From Nitrospirota bacterium (GTDB lineage Bacteria; Nitrospirota; UBA9217), in the NCBI GenBank assembly GCA_963840455.1, contig CAWIYV010000014.1, positions 320,001 to 384,000 on the forward strand: a stretch of DNA of 64,000 bases, written 5' to 3'. A model generated the notes under the pieces. It was not told the origin of the DNA. It searched no databases and saw nothing but the letters and a program-made list of their open reading frames with translations. The translations under genes were made by a program, and so were the position numbers. Shown piece by piece: positions 28,128 to 37,538 of the stretch (position 1 is its first letter; the number at the start of each line of letters is the position of its first letter).

Positions 28128-28628
28128 GTGAGCAGCAGGAGAACATCCAGTACCACAGGCGCCGTTCCGGCGACGACAACCAGGGGAACGGTTTCCGTTC
28201 TGGCGCGACTCGGGCGTTTCGACCGGACCCAGCGCCACGCCGTGCTGGCCACAGCGTCGAATGATCGGCCCCATGCAAGCCTCGTTGCGTTTGCGCTTAC
28301 ACCCGATCGGCATGGACTGCTGTTCGCAACACCGAAGAGAACAACAAAATTCCGGAACATGATCCAGAACAGCCGCGTATCGCTGGTGATCGATAACCGG
28401 GAAAACAGCCGCGCGGACTACCTTGGGGCAGAAGCGTTCACGATCTTTGGCAGGGCGCGGGAAGTGCGGCGGAAGCAAGCAAGGACGAGGTATTCGTCGC
28501 TTCTGTCGCGCAAACATCCCGATCTTGCGGAATTTGTCAGCGCCCCGACCACGGCCCTGATCCTCGTGAAGATCGATCGCTGCCTCCATATCGGAAGGTT
28601 CCAGACCATAACGGAGTGGAAAGCGTAA
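28128..28628 (+). CDS. PNPOx-like FMN-binding protein
   Basis: AVLATASNDRPHASLVAF, FATPKRTTKFRNM. Confidence 0.8.
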   Translation: MSSRRTSSTTGAVPATTTRGTVSVLARLGRFDRTQRHAVLATASNDRPHASLVAFALTPDRHGLLFATPKRTTKFRNMIQNSRVSLVIDNRENSRADYLGAEAFTIFGRAREVRRKQARTRYSSLLSRKHPDLAEFVSAPTTALILVKIDRCLHIGRFQTITEWKA

Positions 28629-28680
28629 CGATAGTACCTATTTTTTTTAGTACGCCAGACCCGTCACTAAGGAGGCTTCT

Positions 28681-29253
28681 ATGAGCAAGATCACGATCGA
28701 GAAGAACGCGTTCTGCCTGCCCTGGACCCAGACGCTGCTGGGAACGCACGTGAACGGAAAGGTCAACTTCATGGCCCTGGACTGGCTCACGCGGGTCAAC
28801 TACCAGCCTGCCATGCTCGGCATCTGCGTGAACAGGGGCCATGCTTCGAACGCCGCCATCCGGCAGACCGGCGAGTTCAGCGTCAACATCCCCACTGTGG
28901 ACATGGTCGCCGTGACGGACTACTGCGGGATCGTCTCGGCTGCCAAGACGGACAAGTCGAAGCTCTTCGAGGTGTTTTACGGCGAGCTCAAGTCCGCACC
29001 GCTCATCACAGCATGTCCCCTGAACATCGAGTGCAGGCTTGCCCAGACCCTGGACCTGCCCACGAACACCCTGTTCATCGGCGAGATCAAGAACATCTAC
29101 AGCGAAGAGAAATATCTCGAGAACGGCAAGCCGGACGTAAAGAAGGTGCGTCCCTTCCTCCTGACCATGCCCGACAACCGGTTCTGGGCCGTTGGAGAGC
29201 AGGTGGGGAATGCATGGAAGGATGGGGTGAGGTACAAGGAGCAGAAAAAATAG
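28681..29253 (+). CDS. Flavin reductase/flavoredoxin family protein
   Basis: GEFSVNIP, DYCGIVS, APLITACPLNIEC. Confidence 0.88.
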   Translation: MSKITIEKNAFCLPWTQTLLGTHVNGKVNFMALDWLTRVNYQPAMLGICVNRGHASNAAIRQTGEFSVNIPTVDMVAVTDYCGIVSAAKTDKSKLFEVFYGELKSAPLITACPLNIECRLAQTLDLPTNTLFIGEIKNIYSEEKYLENGKPDVKKVRPFLLTMPDNRFWAVGEQVGNAWKDGVRYKEQKK

Positions 29254-29410
29254 TCAGCAAGGGGTGGCCGACAGGGCTGGGCAAGAGCATCCCGTGCATT
29301 GCCGGATCCGGGTACATGCCGTCCCCTGGACCCGGGGGCGTATGGAGCATCACGTTCGTCATGGCATGCAGACAACATGAGCCTATAGTTCGGCCGGAAG
29401 GAGACCTGGA

Positions 29411-30628
29411 ATGAACACGGCTATCGTGATCGTGGGAGGCGGATTCGGGGGTCTGGAAGCAGCCTTTACCGTCAAGAGCCTCGCAGGCGATGGGGTCACC
29501 ATCACCCTCATCGATCGTGACGGTTTCCACTCCTTCGTCCCTTCAATCCACGAGATCAGCTCCGGCAAGATCACCAGCCGGAGCATCCAGATCCCCCTCG
29601 AGACGATGCTGGCGCCCGCAGGCATCCGTTTTGTCCGCGATTCGGTCATGGCTATCGATCATGAGAACCGACGGGTGAAGGCTGCGTCGGGGGATTTGAA
29701 CTATGACTACCTTGTTCTGGCGGCGGGCGCGGAGAACCATTTTTTCGGAGTGCCCGGCGCGGAGGAGCACTCCTTTCGCTTCCGCACGCCGGAGGACGCG
29801 GAAAGGATCCGCGCACATCTTGTCCGTCTGCTCGCGGAAGAACGGAAGGACGTCCACCTGGTCCTGGCAGGAGGCGGCACTGAAGGGGTCGAGGTCGCGG
29901 GCGAACTCCTGGACCTGATCAAGGACAGCGGGCGCGAGTACGGTCCGGAGGGGGGATCGGTCGCGATAACGCTGGTCGAGGCGCAGCAGCAGCTCCTTCC
30001 CGGGTTCCCGCCCGAGGCGCGCGCCTTCGCGGAGAAGTACCTGCGGGAACAGGGCGTCACGATCATCACCGGCCAGCGCATCACGGCGGTGCGCGAAGGC
30101 TCGCTCGTGCTCGCGGCCGGCACGGAGCTTCCCCAGTCCATGCTGATCTGGACCGGCGGCATCAAGCCCTCGCCAGTCATCGCCGACCTGTCCCTGCCGA
30201 AAGACCCGGCAGGCTGGCTCATCGTGAACGACAGGCTCCATTCGCCGGGAGACGAGCGTCTCTATGCCGTCGGGGACATTGTGGCGATCCAGGGCGCTGA
30301 CGGCACCGTTCCGCTCCAACGGCTCGCGTACCACGCCCAGGACCAGGGAGCGGTGGCGGGCATCAACATTGCCAATCATCTGCGCGGCAAAGGCTTGATG
30401 CGGTATGAGCCGAAGTACAAGCCTCAGCTCATCTCCATCGGGCGGGACACGGGGATCTATGCCGAGGGGGACGTATTCAAGGCGGGGTCGTGGGTGGTTA
30501 CGCTGAAGAAGGCCGTGGAAAGAAAGCATCTGATGTCCTCACTTACCCGGCCCCTGCTCTCAGGCATCTCGCGGCGGGTCCCGGGTCTCGACCTGTTCAA
30601 GCGCCTGGTGCTGAAACTGCCGTTCTGA
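29411..30628 (+). CDS. FAD-dependent oxidoreductase, NDH-2-like
   Basis: VGGGFGGL, YDYLVLAAG, GGGTEGVEVAGE, YAVGD. Confidence 0.85.
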   Translation: MNTAIVIVGGGFGGLEAAFTVKSLAGDGVTITLIDRDGFHSFVPSIHEISSGKITSRSIQIPLETMLAPAGIRFVRDSVMAIDHENRRVKAASGDLNYDYLVLAAGAENHFFGVPGAEEHSFRFRTPEDAERIRAHLVRLLAEERKDVHLVLAGGGTEGVEVAGELLDLIKDSGREYGPEGGSVAITLVEAQQQLLPGFPPEARAFAEKYLREQGVTIITGQRITAVREGSLVLAAGTELPQSMLIWTGGIKPSPVIADLSLPKDPAGWLIVNDRLHSPGDERLYAVGDIVAIQGADGTVPLQRLAYHAQDQGAVAGINIANHLRGKGLMRYEPKYKPQLISIGRDTGIYAEGDVFKAGSWVVTLKKAVERKHLMSSLTRPLLSGISRRVPGLDLFKRLVLKLPF

Positions 30629-30781
30629 AGGCGCGGCGGCCATCCCTGGCAACGGTCATGATCGTTACCTTCGACCTGTTGATTCCGGATGTCCGCCTGA
30701 AGACCATCTGATCGCTGCGGCAGAACGGGCCGCACTGAAGAACGGGCGGGGGAACTTGTCCCGAAGGAAAAGGGGTAATGC

Positions 30782-30946
30782 ATGATGAAGACATGGATTG
30801 CCGGTCTGGTTCTCACGGTGCCGGTCCTGTTCTTCGGGCCGACTTCGGTCTTTGCCGAATATGTGATCAACCTGCAGGGCGCCGCGGTCTTTACGGAAAA
30901 GAACGACATCCGCATCCCCGGGGACAGCGGCACGAAGTTCTCACTT
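30782..30946 (+). pseudogene. 5' fragment of the outer-membrane protein whose intact paralog is at 41701-42447
   Basis: Signal peptide + AEYVINLQGAAVFTEKNDIRIPGDSGTKFSL versus AEYVLNLQGAAVFTEKNDVRIPGDSGTKFSL; similarity then stops. Confidence 0.85.
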
Positions 30947-31046
30947 ACATCCCTCAGCCGAAGTTCAAAGAGCCAAAACAGAAGACGGAATGATACTGCT
31001 TGCCGGCCGATAAGGCATGTTCCGCTCGTACACCAAGGGAGACGCT

Positions 31047-33740
31047 TTGCCGACAAATACACCTGAACGATTTGACATCCGGGCGTATCAGCAAGACAGC
31101 AGCGATGTGCTACAGACCCTCGCCACGTCGGAGCAGGGGCTGTCATCTTCGGAGGTCCGGAAACGGCTGGCCGAGTACGGCCCGAATCGCCTCGGCGAGG
31201 AGGACCGGATCAGCAAGCTGCGGATCCTGGCCGGCCAGTTCACCAGCCCGTTGATCTACATCCTCCTCATCGCCGCCGTGGTGACCGCCCTGCTCGAGGA
31301 GTACGTGGACTCCGGCGTCATCCTGACGGTCGTGGTCCTGAACGCGGCGATCGGCTTCTTCCAGGAATACCGGGCCGAGGAGAGCGTCCGGGCGCTGAAG
31401 AAGCTGGTGGTGCCGAAAGCGCGGGTGGTCCGGGACGGCAGGGAGCACGAGATCGACAGCGCGGACCTGGTGCCCGGCGACATCGTCCTGCTCGCCTCGG
31501 GCGTCAAGGTGCCGGCGGACATCCGGCTCGTGAAGGCGCTGGAGCTCAAGACCGACGAGTCCATGCTGACCGGCGAGTCTCTGCCCGCGCAGAAGAACGT
31601 GGCGGCCATTGCCGAACCGAATCTGCCTCCCGGCGACCAGCGGAACATGGCCTTCCTGGGGACCGTCGTCGTGAACGGGCGGGGCCGCGGCGTCGTGGTC
31701 GCCACGGGCGCCCGCTCCGTCCTCGGCAGCATCGCCCGCGAGATGCGGGAGGCGGAAACGGCGCCGGCGCCGCTGCAGGAGAAGTTCCACCGCTTCTCGG
31801 CCATGATCGGGTACGTGGTGCTGGCCGCGTCGTGCGTCCTCTTCGGCATAGGGCTGCTGGTCGGCGAGTCAGTAAAGGACATGTTCATGACCGCCGTGGC
31901 CGCGGCCGTCGCCACCATCCCCGAGGGCCTGCCCGCCGTGCTCACCATCGCGCTCGCGCTTGGCGTGCGGAACATGGCGCGCCGGAATGCCATCGTCCGG
32001 AAGCTGCCGGCCGTCGAGACGCTCGGCAGCACCACGGTCATCTGCACCGACAAGACCGGCACGCTCACGAAAAACGAGATGACCGTGAAGTTGGTCCACG
32101 ACGGCGAGCACGTCTTCGAGTTGACCGGGACCGGGTACGACCCGGCCGGCGAGGTACTGCACCGGTGGCTTCCCATCACCGAGCAGGAGCGAAAGGACCT
32201 ATTCCTGAACCTGCGGATCGGCCTGCTCTGCAACGAATCGGAGGTCTACGAGCAGGACGGCGCATACCGCGTCGACGGCGACCCGACCGAGGGCGCGCTC
32301 ATCGTTTCAGCCATGAAGGCCGGCCTCCGCCCCGAGGAGGAGAAGCGGGACTGGCCGCTCGTCTCGATGGTCCCCTTCGAATCCGACCGCGGCTACATGG
32401 CAACGCTGCACCGCCACAACGGAAAGAAGTACATCTTCGTCAAAGGAGGGCCGGAGCGCGTCATCGACCTCTGCACGGCATGCCACCTGACCGGCGCGTT
32501 CCGGGCGAAGGAGGTCCTCGACGCGGCGCACCGCTTTGCCTCCGAGGGCATGCGCGTCCTGGCCATGGCGTATAAGGAGGCGCCTCCGGACCTCGAGGAA
32601 CTGACGCACGAACAGGTGGAGGGGAACCTCACGCTTACGGGCCTCCAGGGTATGATCGATCCCCCGCGGCCCGAGGCCGTGGACGCGGTGAAAGGCTGCA
32701 GGAAGGCGGGCATCCGCGTCGTCATGATCACCGGGGACCACGCCACCACGGCTGCGGCCATCGGCAGGATGATCGGCATCGGGGACGGGTCCGGCGCCGC
32801 GCTCACGGGCAGGGAACTCGAGGAGATGGGCGACGACGAGCTGTTCGAGAAGGTCAGGACCGTATCGATCTTCGCCCGCGTGGCGCCGCACCACAAGCTG
32901 CGCATCGCCCGGCAGCTCATCCGGCACGGCGAGATCGTGGCCATGACCGGCGACGGCGTGAACGACGCGCCGGCGCTCAAGGCCGCGCACATCGGCGTCG
33001 CCATGGGCAGGACCGGCACGGACGTGGCAAAGGAGGCGGCGGACATGGTGATCACCGACGACAACTTCGCCACGATCTTCGCGGCCGTCGAGGAAGGCCG
33101 GATCGTGTTCGACAACATCCAGAAGGTCGTCTTCTTCCTGATCCCCACGGGCGTCGCCGCGATCCTGTCGATCATCGGCACGATCGCGCTGGGGCTTCCT
33201 ATGCCCTACACGCCGTCCCAGCTGCTCTGGATCAACCTCGTGACGAACGGGCTCCAGGTGCTGGCGCTCACCTTCGAACCGGGCGAGCCGGGCGTCGTGC
33301 TCCGGCCGCCGCGGGACCCGAAGGAGGGGGTGATGTCGGCCGTGCTGGTGCAGCGCACGGTGCTGGTCGGAGCGCTCATCGCCGCCGGCGTCGTCTGGAG
33401 CTTCCACCACGCCCTCGCCATCGGCGAGCACCTCGAGCAGGCCCGGACCATCGCCGTGACCACCATGGTCTTCTTCCAGTTCTTCCAGACCTGGAACAGC
33501 CGGTCCGAGACGCTGTCGGTGTTCCGAATCGGCCTGCTGAGCAACCCGCTGCTGCTCTTCGCCATCGCGGCGTCGGTCCTGGCGCAGCTCGCGATGATCT
33601 ACGTGCCGGTCCTGCAGTGGATCTTCAAGACCGAGCCGCTCACCGTTGCGGAGTGGGCCCGGGTATGCCTGCTCTCACTTACCGTCGTCCTTGTCGTCGA
33701 GCTCGACAAATGGCTGCGCAGAAGGAGGGAACATGCTTGA
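31047..33740 (+). CDS. P-type II cation-transporting ATPase (Ca2+-ATPase-like); likely TTG start
   Basis: TGES, PEGL, DKTGTLT, KGGPE, MITGD, TGDGVNDAPALK; RBS aagggag. Confidence 0.94.
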   Translation: MPTNTPERFDIRAYQQDSSDVLQTLATSEQGLSSSEVRKRLAEYGPNRLGEEDRISKLRILAGQFTSPLIYILLIAAVVTALLEEYVDSGVILTVVVLNAAIGFFQEYRAEESVRALKKLVVPKARVVRDGREHEIDSADLVPGDIVLLASGVKVPADIRLVKALELKTDESMLTGESLPAQKNVAAIAEPNLPPGDQRNMAFLGTVVVNGRGRGVVVATGARSVLGSIAREMREAETAPAPLQEKFHRFSAMIGYVVLAASCVLFGIGLLVGESVKDMFMTAVAAAVATIPEGLPAVLTIALALGVRNMARRNAIVRKLPAVETLGSTTVICTDKTGTLTKNEMTVKLVHDGEHVFELTGTGYDPAGEVLHRWLPITEQERKDLFLNLRIGLLCNESEVYEQDGAYRVDGDPTEGALIVSAMKAGLRPEEEKRDWPLVSMVPFESDRGYMATLHRHNGKKYIFVKGGPERVIDLCTACHLTGAFRAKEVLDAAHRFASEGMRVLAMAYKEAPPDLEELTHEQVEGNLTLTGLQGMIDPPRPEAVDAVKGCRKAGIRVVMITGDHATTAAAIGRMIGIGDGSGAALTGRELEEMGDDELFEKVRTVSIFARVAPHHKLRIARQLIRHGEIVAMTGDGVNDAPALKAAHIGVAMGRTGTDVAKEAADMVITDDNFATIFAAVEEGRIVFDNIQKVVFFLIPTGVAAILSIIGTIALGLPMPYTPSQLLWINLVTNGLQVLALTFEPGEPGVVLRPPRDPKEGVMSAVLVQRTVLVGALIAAGVVWSFHHALAIGEHLEQARTIAVTTMVFFQFFQTWNSRSETLSVFRIGLLSNPLLLFAIAASVLAQLAMIYVPVLQWIFKTEPLTVAEWARVCLLSLTVVLVVELDKWLRRRREHA

Positions 33741-34131
33741 TATGCTCAAGAAGTTCGAAAAGGCGGTAACGGTCACGCTGGTCGTGCTGATGGCCGTCGT
33801 TTTGCTGCTGGCGACCTTCGAGCTGGGATGGATCATCATCAAGGACATCATCACACCGCCGGTACTCCTGCTCGAGATCGACGAGCTGCTGGACATCTTC
33901 GGGCTGTTCCTGCTGGTGCTGATCGGCGTGGAGCTCCTCGAGACGATCAAGGCCTACCTCAAGGAGAACGTGGTGCACTTCGAGGTGGTCCTGACCGTCG
34001 CCATGATCGCCATCGCGCGCAAGGTCATTATCCTGGACGTCAAGGAACTGCCGAACATGACGCTGGTGGGCATCGCGGCCATCATCGTGGCGCTGGCGGC
34101 GGCAAAGTATTTTTTCCGGAAGGCGAATTGA
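33733..34131 (+). CDS. PsiE-family membrane protein
   Basis: LLVLIGVELLETIKAY, AMIAIARKVIILD. Confidence 0.85.
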   Translation: MLDMLKKFEKAVTVTLVVLMAVVLLLATFELGWIIIKDIITPPVLLLEIDELLDIFGLFLLVLIGVELLETIKAYLKENVVHFEVVLTVAMIAIARKVIILDVKELPNMTLVGIAAIIVALAAAKYFFRKAN

Positions 34132-34246
34132 GTCCCGCGGCGTGCAATCACCCGGCTCCCGCCGGGGGAGGAATGCGCCGTGGTCCGTGCTATAGCACAC
34201 CCGGCATTCGCCTTCCTTCCGGAGGCGCCCGGCAGTATTGCGTATC

Positions 34247-35284
34247 CTAGGATGTCCGTTTCCGGAACAGATAATGCGCCACCCACCACTCCTGGCCCTG
34301 CCGGAACCCCCAGAGCTCTGCGCAGGCCATGAAGAAGATCCTCCACCGCTGGAACCATACGGCGGCGTCCTTCTTCCCGTAGGTCCGTTCCAGCACCGGC
34401 ATAATAGCGTCTTTCCGTGCATCCATCTTCTGCAGCCAGTGGTTCGCGGTCCGCTCGTAGTGTGTACCGTCCACGCGCCAGTGGTCTTCGAGGACGACGT
34501 CGTCCTGGAAATAGAGCAGCAGGTCGTCGGACGGCATGATACCGCCGCTGAAGAAATGCCTGCCCATCCAGTTGTCCTCACCCTCGGCCTCGAAGAGGTA
34601 AGCGTATTCCTTGTGGCAGAAGATATGAACGAAGAGCCTGCCGTCGGGTTTCAGCCACGAAGCGATCTTCCGGAGCAGCAGCTCATAGTTCCGCATGTGC
34701 TCGAACATCTCGACCGAGACGACGCGGTCGAAACGCTCCTCGGTGTTGAAATGGTTCATGTCGGCAGTGATGACCTCCACGTTCCCGATGCCCTTCTCTC
34801 GGCAGAGTGCTGTGATAAATTCCCGTTGGGGATTGGAGTTCGATACGGCGGTTATTCGTGCTGCAGGATAGTGCTCCGCCATCCAGAGCGTGAGGGAGCC
34901 CCAGCCGCAGCCGAGCTCCAGGATGTCCATGCCGTCCCGAAGCTGCGCACGTTCGCCGGTGAGCGCAAGCATCTTCGCCTCAGCTACGTCGAGGCTCTCC
35001 GCTCCCGATGGATAGTAGCAGCAGCTGTACTTGCGGTTTTTTCCCAGAACGAGTTGAAAGAACTCCGGCGGGACCTCATAGTGCTGTTCGTTCGCAGCCT
35101 CGGTCAGGACCGCGATAGGGCTGTTCCGCAGCATCGTGATGAACGCTCGCTGGTGCTCCCGGAGTGCCTCGATGCCGCCGCGGTGTTCTTCCCGGAGGCG
35201 CTGCCGGTTCAGCAGGCCGATGCCGAAGCGGATGAGCCGGTCCGGCAGGCGGCCGGTCTCCGCCAGTTCGATGAGGATGCTCAT
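34247..35284 (-). CDS. SAM-dependent methyltransferase, CFA/CNMT-like
   Basis: [49 protein letters not shown]. Confidence 0.9.
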   Translation of the reverse strand: MSILIELAETGRLPDRLIRFGIGLLNRQRLREEHRGGIEALREHQRAFITMLRNSPIAVLTEAANEQHYEVPPEFFQLVLGKNRKYSCCYYPSGAESLDVAEAKMLALTGERAQLRDGMDILELGCGWGSLTLWMAEHYPAARITAVSNSNPQREFITALCREKGIGNVEVITADMNHFNTEERFDRVVSVEMFEHMRNYELLLRKIASWLKPDGRLFVHIFCHKEYAYLFEAEGEDNWMGRHFFSGGIMPSDDLLLYFQDDVVLEDHWRVDGTHYERTANHWLQKMDARKDAIMPVLERTYGKKDAAVWFQRWRIFFMACAELWGFRQGQEWWVAHYLFRKRTS

Positions 35285-35742
35285 GGCGCGGGAGGTGCTT
35301 CCTGCCAGCGCCTGCGGATCAGCTCGACGCGCTTCCGGTTTACCCCCAGGTCGGACGTGCCGAGCCGCGATGCAGAGCGAACGTGGATGACCTTGGCGCT
35401 GTCGTCAGCGAGGAATTCAACGTCATCGACGAACCGGAAGAGGGCGCTGGTGAATTCCACGTGGAGGTAGGTTCCGGTGTCCGTGATGACCGCTGTCCTC
35501 GGAAGGGAGCGGATGATCGCTGTAAGCCTGTTGATCGCGTCATCGAGAGATCCGGCATAGGTGAGGGGCGCGACGCGGTGCTCCTCGTCAGTCGCCTGGC
35601 TGGAGACGCAATTCGGACTTGACGGGCAGGGGAGCAGTCTGCCGTCACGGGACCCGAGGTTCACGGGCCGCGTTCCCTGACATCCGACCAGCAGGAACGC
35701 GGGCAGCAGCAGGAGCCATGAGCTATGCAGTGTGTGCGGCAT
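35281..35742 (-). CDS. DUF1499 lipoprotein
   Basis: Lipobox [39 protein letters not shown]. Confidence 0.88.
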   Translation of the reverse strand: MPHTLHSSWLLLLPAFLLVGCQGTRPVNLGSRDGRLLPCPSSPNCVSSQATDEEHRVAPLTYAGSLDDAINRLTAIIRSLPRTAVITDTGTYLHVEFTSALFRFVDDVEFLADDSAKVIHVRSASRLGTSDLGVNRKRVELIRRRWQEAPPAP

Positions 35743-35750
35743 CCACAACC

Positions 35751-36284
35751 TTACCGGTCCGTCCTGTTGCCCTGTTCCGTGCGCTTGAGCATCGACACGT
35801 CGAATCCCCTGTCCTTCAGCCTCCCGACGATCTCCTGGTAGCGCTGCTCCTCCATCTTCGGCGTCCGAGAAAGGATCCAGAGGTACTTCCGGGACGGCGC
35901 GGAGACCACGGCGTACTCGTAGTCCCTGCCCAGCTCGATGATCCAGTAGTCGCCACGGAAGGGGCAGAAGAACGAGACCTTCAGCTTCGCGTTCGTGGCC
36001 TTGTCCATCACCCAGGCCTTGCCCTTGGCTGTGTCCACCTTGCCGTCCCGGAGGCAGCTGTTCAGCACCTCGACGTCGCCGTCGGTCCGGACCCGGTATT
36101 CGGCGCGCGAGTCGGTGCATCCTTTCTGGAACCGCTGCGGAAAGCTGGCGATCTCGAACCATGTCCCCATGTACCGGCCAAGGTCGACCTGCGGGACCGT
36201 TTCGAGCGGGGCTTGCGGAGGGCCTGCTGTCGCACAGGCGCAGAGGAACACGACGAGGGTGGTGGAGAATGCGATCTTTTCCAT
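35751..36284 (-). CDS. Bacterial lipocalin lipoprotein (second Blc-like)
   Basis: Lipobox LCAC, RYMGTWFEIA, LKVSFF.PF.GDYW, YLWILSRTP. Confidence 0.92.
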   Translation of the reverse strand: MEKIAFSTTLVVFLCACATAGPPQAPLETVPQVDLGRYMGTWFEIASFPQRFQKGCTDSRAEYRVRTDGDVEVLNSCLRDGKVDTAKGKAWVMDKATNAKLKVSFFCPFRGDYWIIELGRDYEYAVVSAPSRKYLWILSRTPKMEEQRYQEIVGRLKDRGFDVSMLKRTEQGNRTDR

Positions 36285-36346
36285 GGGACCTCCAACAAGA
36301 AATTATGCAGACGCAGGCCGTGCTGTTATCACGAGAGACCATGCGA

Positions 36347-37153
36347 TCACATCGCTGTCTTGCTCATCTTGATCTTTCCGTGCTCGATCTTGTCATGGCA
36401 CCACAGACAGTCCACCTGTCTCTTGCCTACGTGCTTCTCGTGGATGAGCTTCACTTCGCCGATCCTGTCGGACCGGTCAACATGGCAGAAGAAGCACTTG
36501 TCCTTCGGCGTCATGCCGTCGCCCCGGGTGATCTGGGCATGGCACTGGCCGCACTTCTTGCCGGCCTTGAGCGCTGCCGCGTGGGAGAAGGTCCTGCCGT
36601 CCACTTTGATCGCCTCTTTGAGCGCGGTGTGGCACGACGGACAGCCGGTCACGGCCTCGCCGGGTTTCGCCCCCTTGAAGTGGCAGAGGTAGCAGACGTT
36701 CTTCGAGACCTTCACGTGCTCGCCCTGGACGATGTCGGAGTGGCAGCTTCGGCAGTGGAGCTTGATGCCCCTCTTCATGTCCAAGAAATGTGGCTTGTGG
36801 TCGAAGTTGATGTTCCACCTGGTGAAGAGCACTTTGGACTCCACGAGACGCTTGTCGTGGCATCCGCCCTGCAGGCAGTTTGCATCGGGTACGTTGGACA
36901 AGGGCCGCGGGTTGAACGAACCGGCCAGGAAGAGGAACTGGGACGCTACGGCCTTCTCCATTGTATACACATGGCATTTCAGGCAGGGAACGTTCTTGTG
37001 CGTTGAGGTCTTCCATTTTTCATAGAACGGCGCAATGTAGTGGCATGCCTTGCAATTCTCCGGATTAGGGAACACGACATATTTTGCCAAAACATAGAAG
37101 CCGAACGACAGCGTCACAAAGATCACTGCAATAAGGACCATGTGCTTCTTCAT
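36347..37153 (-). CDS. Membrane-anchored multiheme cytochrome c (8 CxxCH + 1 CX4CH)
   Basis: CKACH, CLKCH, CLQGGCH, CRSCH, CYLCH, CPSCH, CGQCH, CFFCH, CLWCH after an N-terminal TM helix. Confidence 0.9.
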   Translation of the reverse strand: MKKHMVLIAVIFVTLSFGFYVLAKYVVFPNPENCKACHYIAPFYEKWKTSTHKNVPCLKCHVYTMEKAVASQFLFLAGSFNPRPLSNVPDANCLQGGCHDKRLVESKVLFTRWNINFDHKPHFLDMKRGIKLHCRSCHSDIVQGEHVKVSKNVCYLCHFKGAKPGEAVTGCPSCHTALKEAIKVDGRTFSHAAALKAGKKCGQCHAQITRGDGMTPKDKCFFCHVDRSDRIGEVKLIHEKHVGKRQVDCLWCHDKIEHGKIKMSKTAM

Positions 37154-37538
37154 AGACCCCTCCTTCACATAGGCTTCGCTCCCTGCTTGTCCGCCGGATA
37201 CTGAGAATATAGCATCTTTTGCGGGCGACCGCGGGTATTTTGAGTAGGTCAGCGTATGCACCGTTGTGCAGGAATTCAGTCATCTCCCATCAGCATTTGC
37301 GATCACGCAGCGGCAGCTTATTGTTCGTCGGGACAGTCCTGTTACCGTATCGTTGCCGACCGCCGAGCAGCCGGAGTGGAACAGGATGAACGTTCCACCC
37401 ATGGTCAAAAGAGATGACCATCAGAGACCATAACCGTTCCAAATTATCTGGTATACTCAAAACAAGAAAAATTGTCCGTCCCCCCTCCCTCTGCGGAAGG
37501 GGGATGATGGATCCACGGAATATCGAGAGCCAGCAATT

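Noticed and set aside
29330-29370. GGVWSITFVM resembling SOUL GGQWRIAFVM (possible relic)
   Set aside because: Too short to distinguish from chance
37154-37538. Riboswitch or small gene in the cytochrome/kinase divergent region
   Set aside because: No recognisable aptamer consensus or credible ORF by eye
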